DNA of 44,574 bases from a phage. The notes below the pieces were generated by a model. That model was not told the DNA's origin, searched no databases, and saw only the letters and a list, made by a program, of their open reading frames with translations. The stretch is taken from the sequence record PX063913.1, one strand, 5' to 3'. A program made the position numbers and the translations under genes. This document shows positions 44,559-44,574 of this stretch, one piece after another; position 1 is the first letter of the stretch; the number at the start of each line of letters is the position of its first letter.

Positions 44559-44574
44559 TTAAGAGGATTCAGCT

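Noticed and set aside
1-44574. Temperate lifestyle or prophage
   Set aside because: No integrase, excisionase, CI-like repressor or attachment-site features were seen; the content fits a virulent phage. No tRNA genes were recognised by eye, but this cannot be excluded without a tRNA scan.

Overview
The window reads as a near-complete ~44.6 kb genome of a virulent, lambda-tailed siphovirus of an enterobacterial host. Host and relatedness to small E. coli/Salmonella siphoviruses with family A DNA polymerase (Dhillonvirus-like) are inferences from gene content, not search results; no integrase or CI-like repressor was seen. All calls are by eye from the sequence and ORF track; no database search, RNA folding or tRNA scan was run. 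Layout: a leftward arm on the minus strand (1.7-14.1 kb) carries nucleotide-metabolism and DNA-modification genes (HAD phosphatase, Dam-like and short C5-like methyltransferases, HNH endonuclease) and the replication module (SNF2 helicase, VRR-NUC, DNA polymerase A, DUF2815-like SSB, DUF2800-like nuclease). Divergent promoters sit at 14.1-14.5 kb. The rightward arm on the plus strand (14.5-43.3 kb) carries an HTH regulator, primase-helicase, small accessory genes, holin and GH24 endolysin, an HTH-metallophosphoesterase, TerS/TerL, portal, MuF-like protein, an Rz/Rz1-type spanin pair, scaffold, major capsid, and a lambda-like tail module (major tail, G/GT chaperone, tape measure, L/K/I/J-like). 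A minus-strand lipoprotein plus candidate receptor-binding gene follows gpJ, and a tail-fibre gene with a C-terminal intramolecular chaperone domain starts at nt 1. Main non-obvious signals: two homologous iteron-rich non-coding regions (17.2 and 34.2 kb), a recurrent ATTGGTTGCA 10-mer in promoter regions, a -1 frameshift site in the tail chaperone gene, spanins displaced from the lysis cassette, and a reverse-oriented gene inside the structural module.
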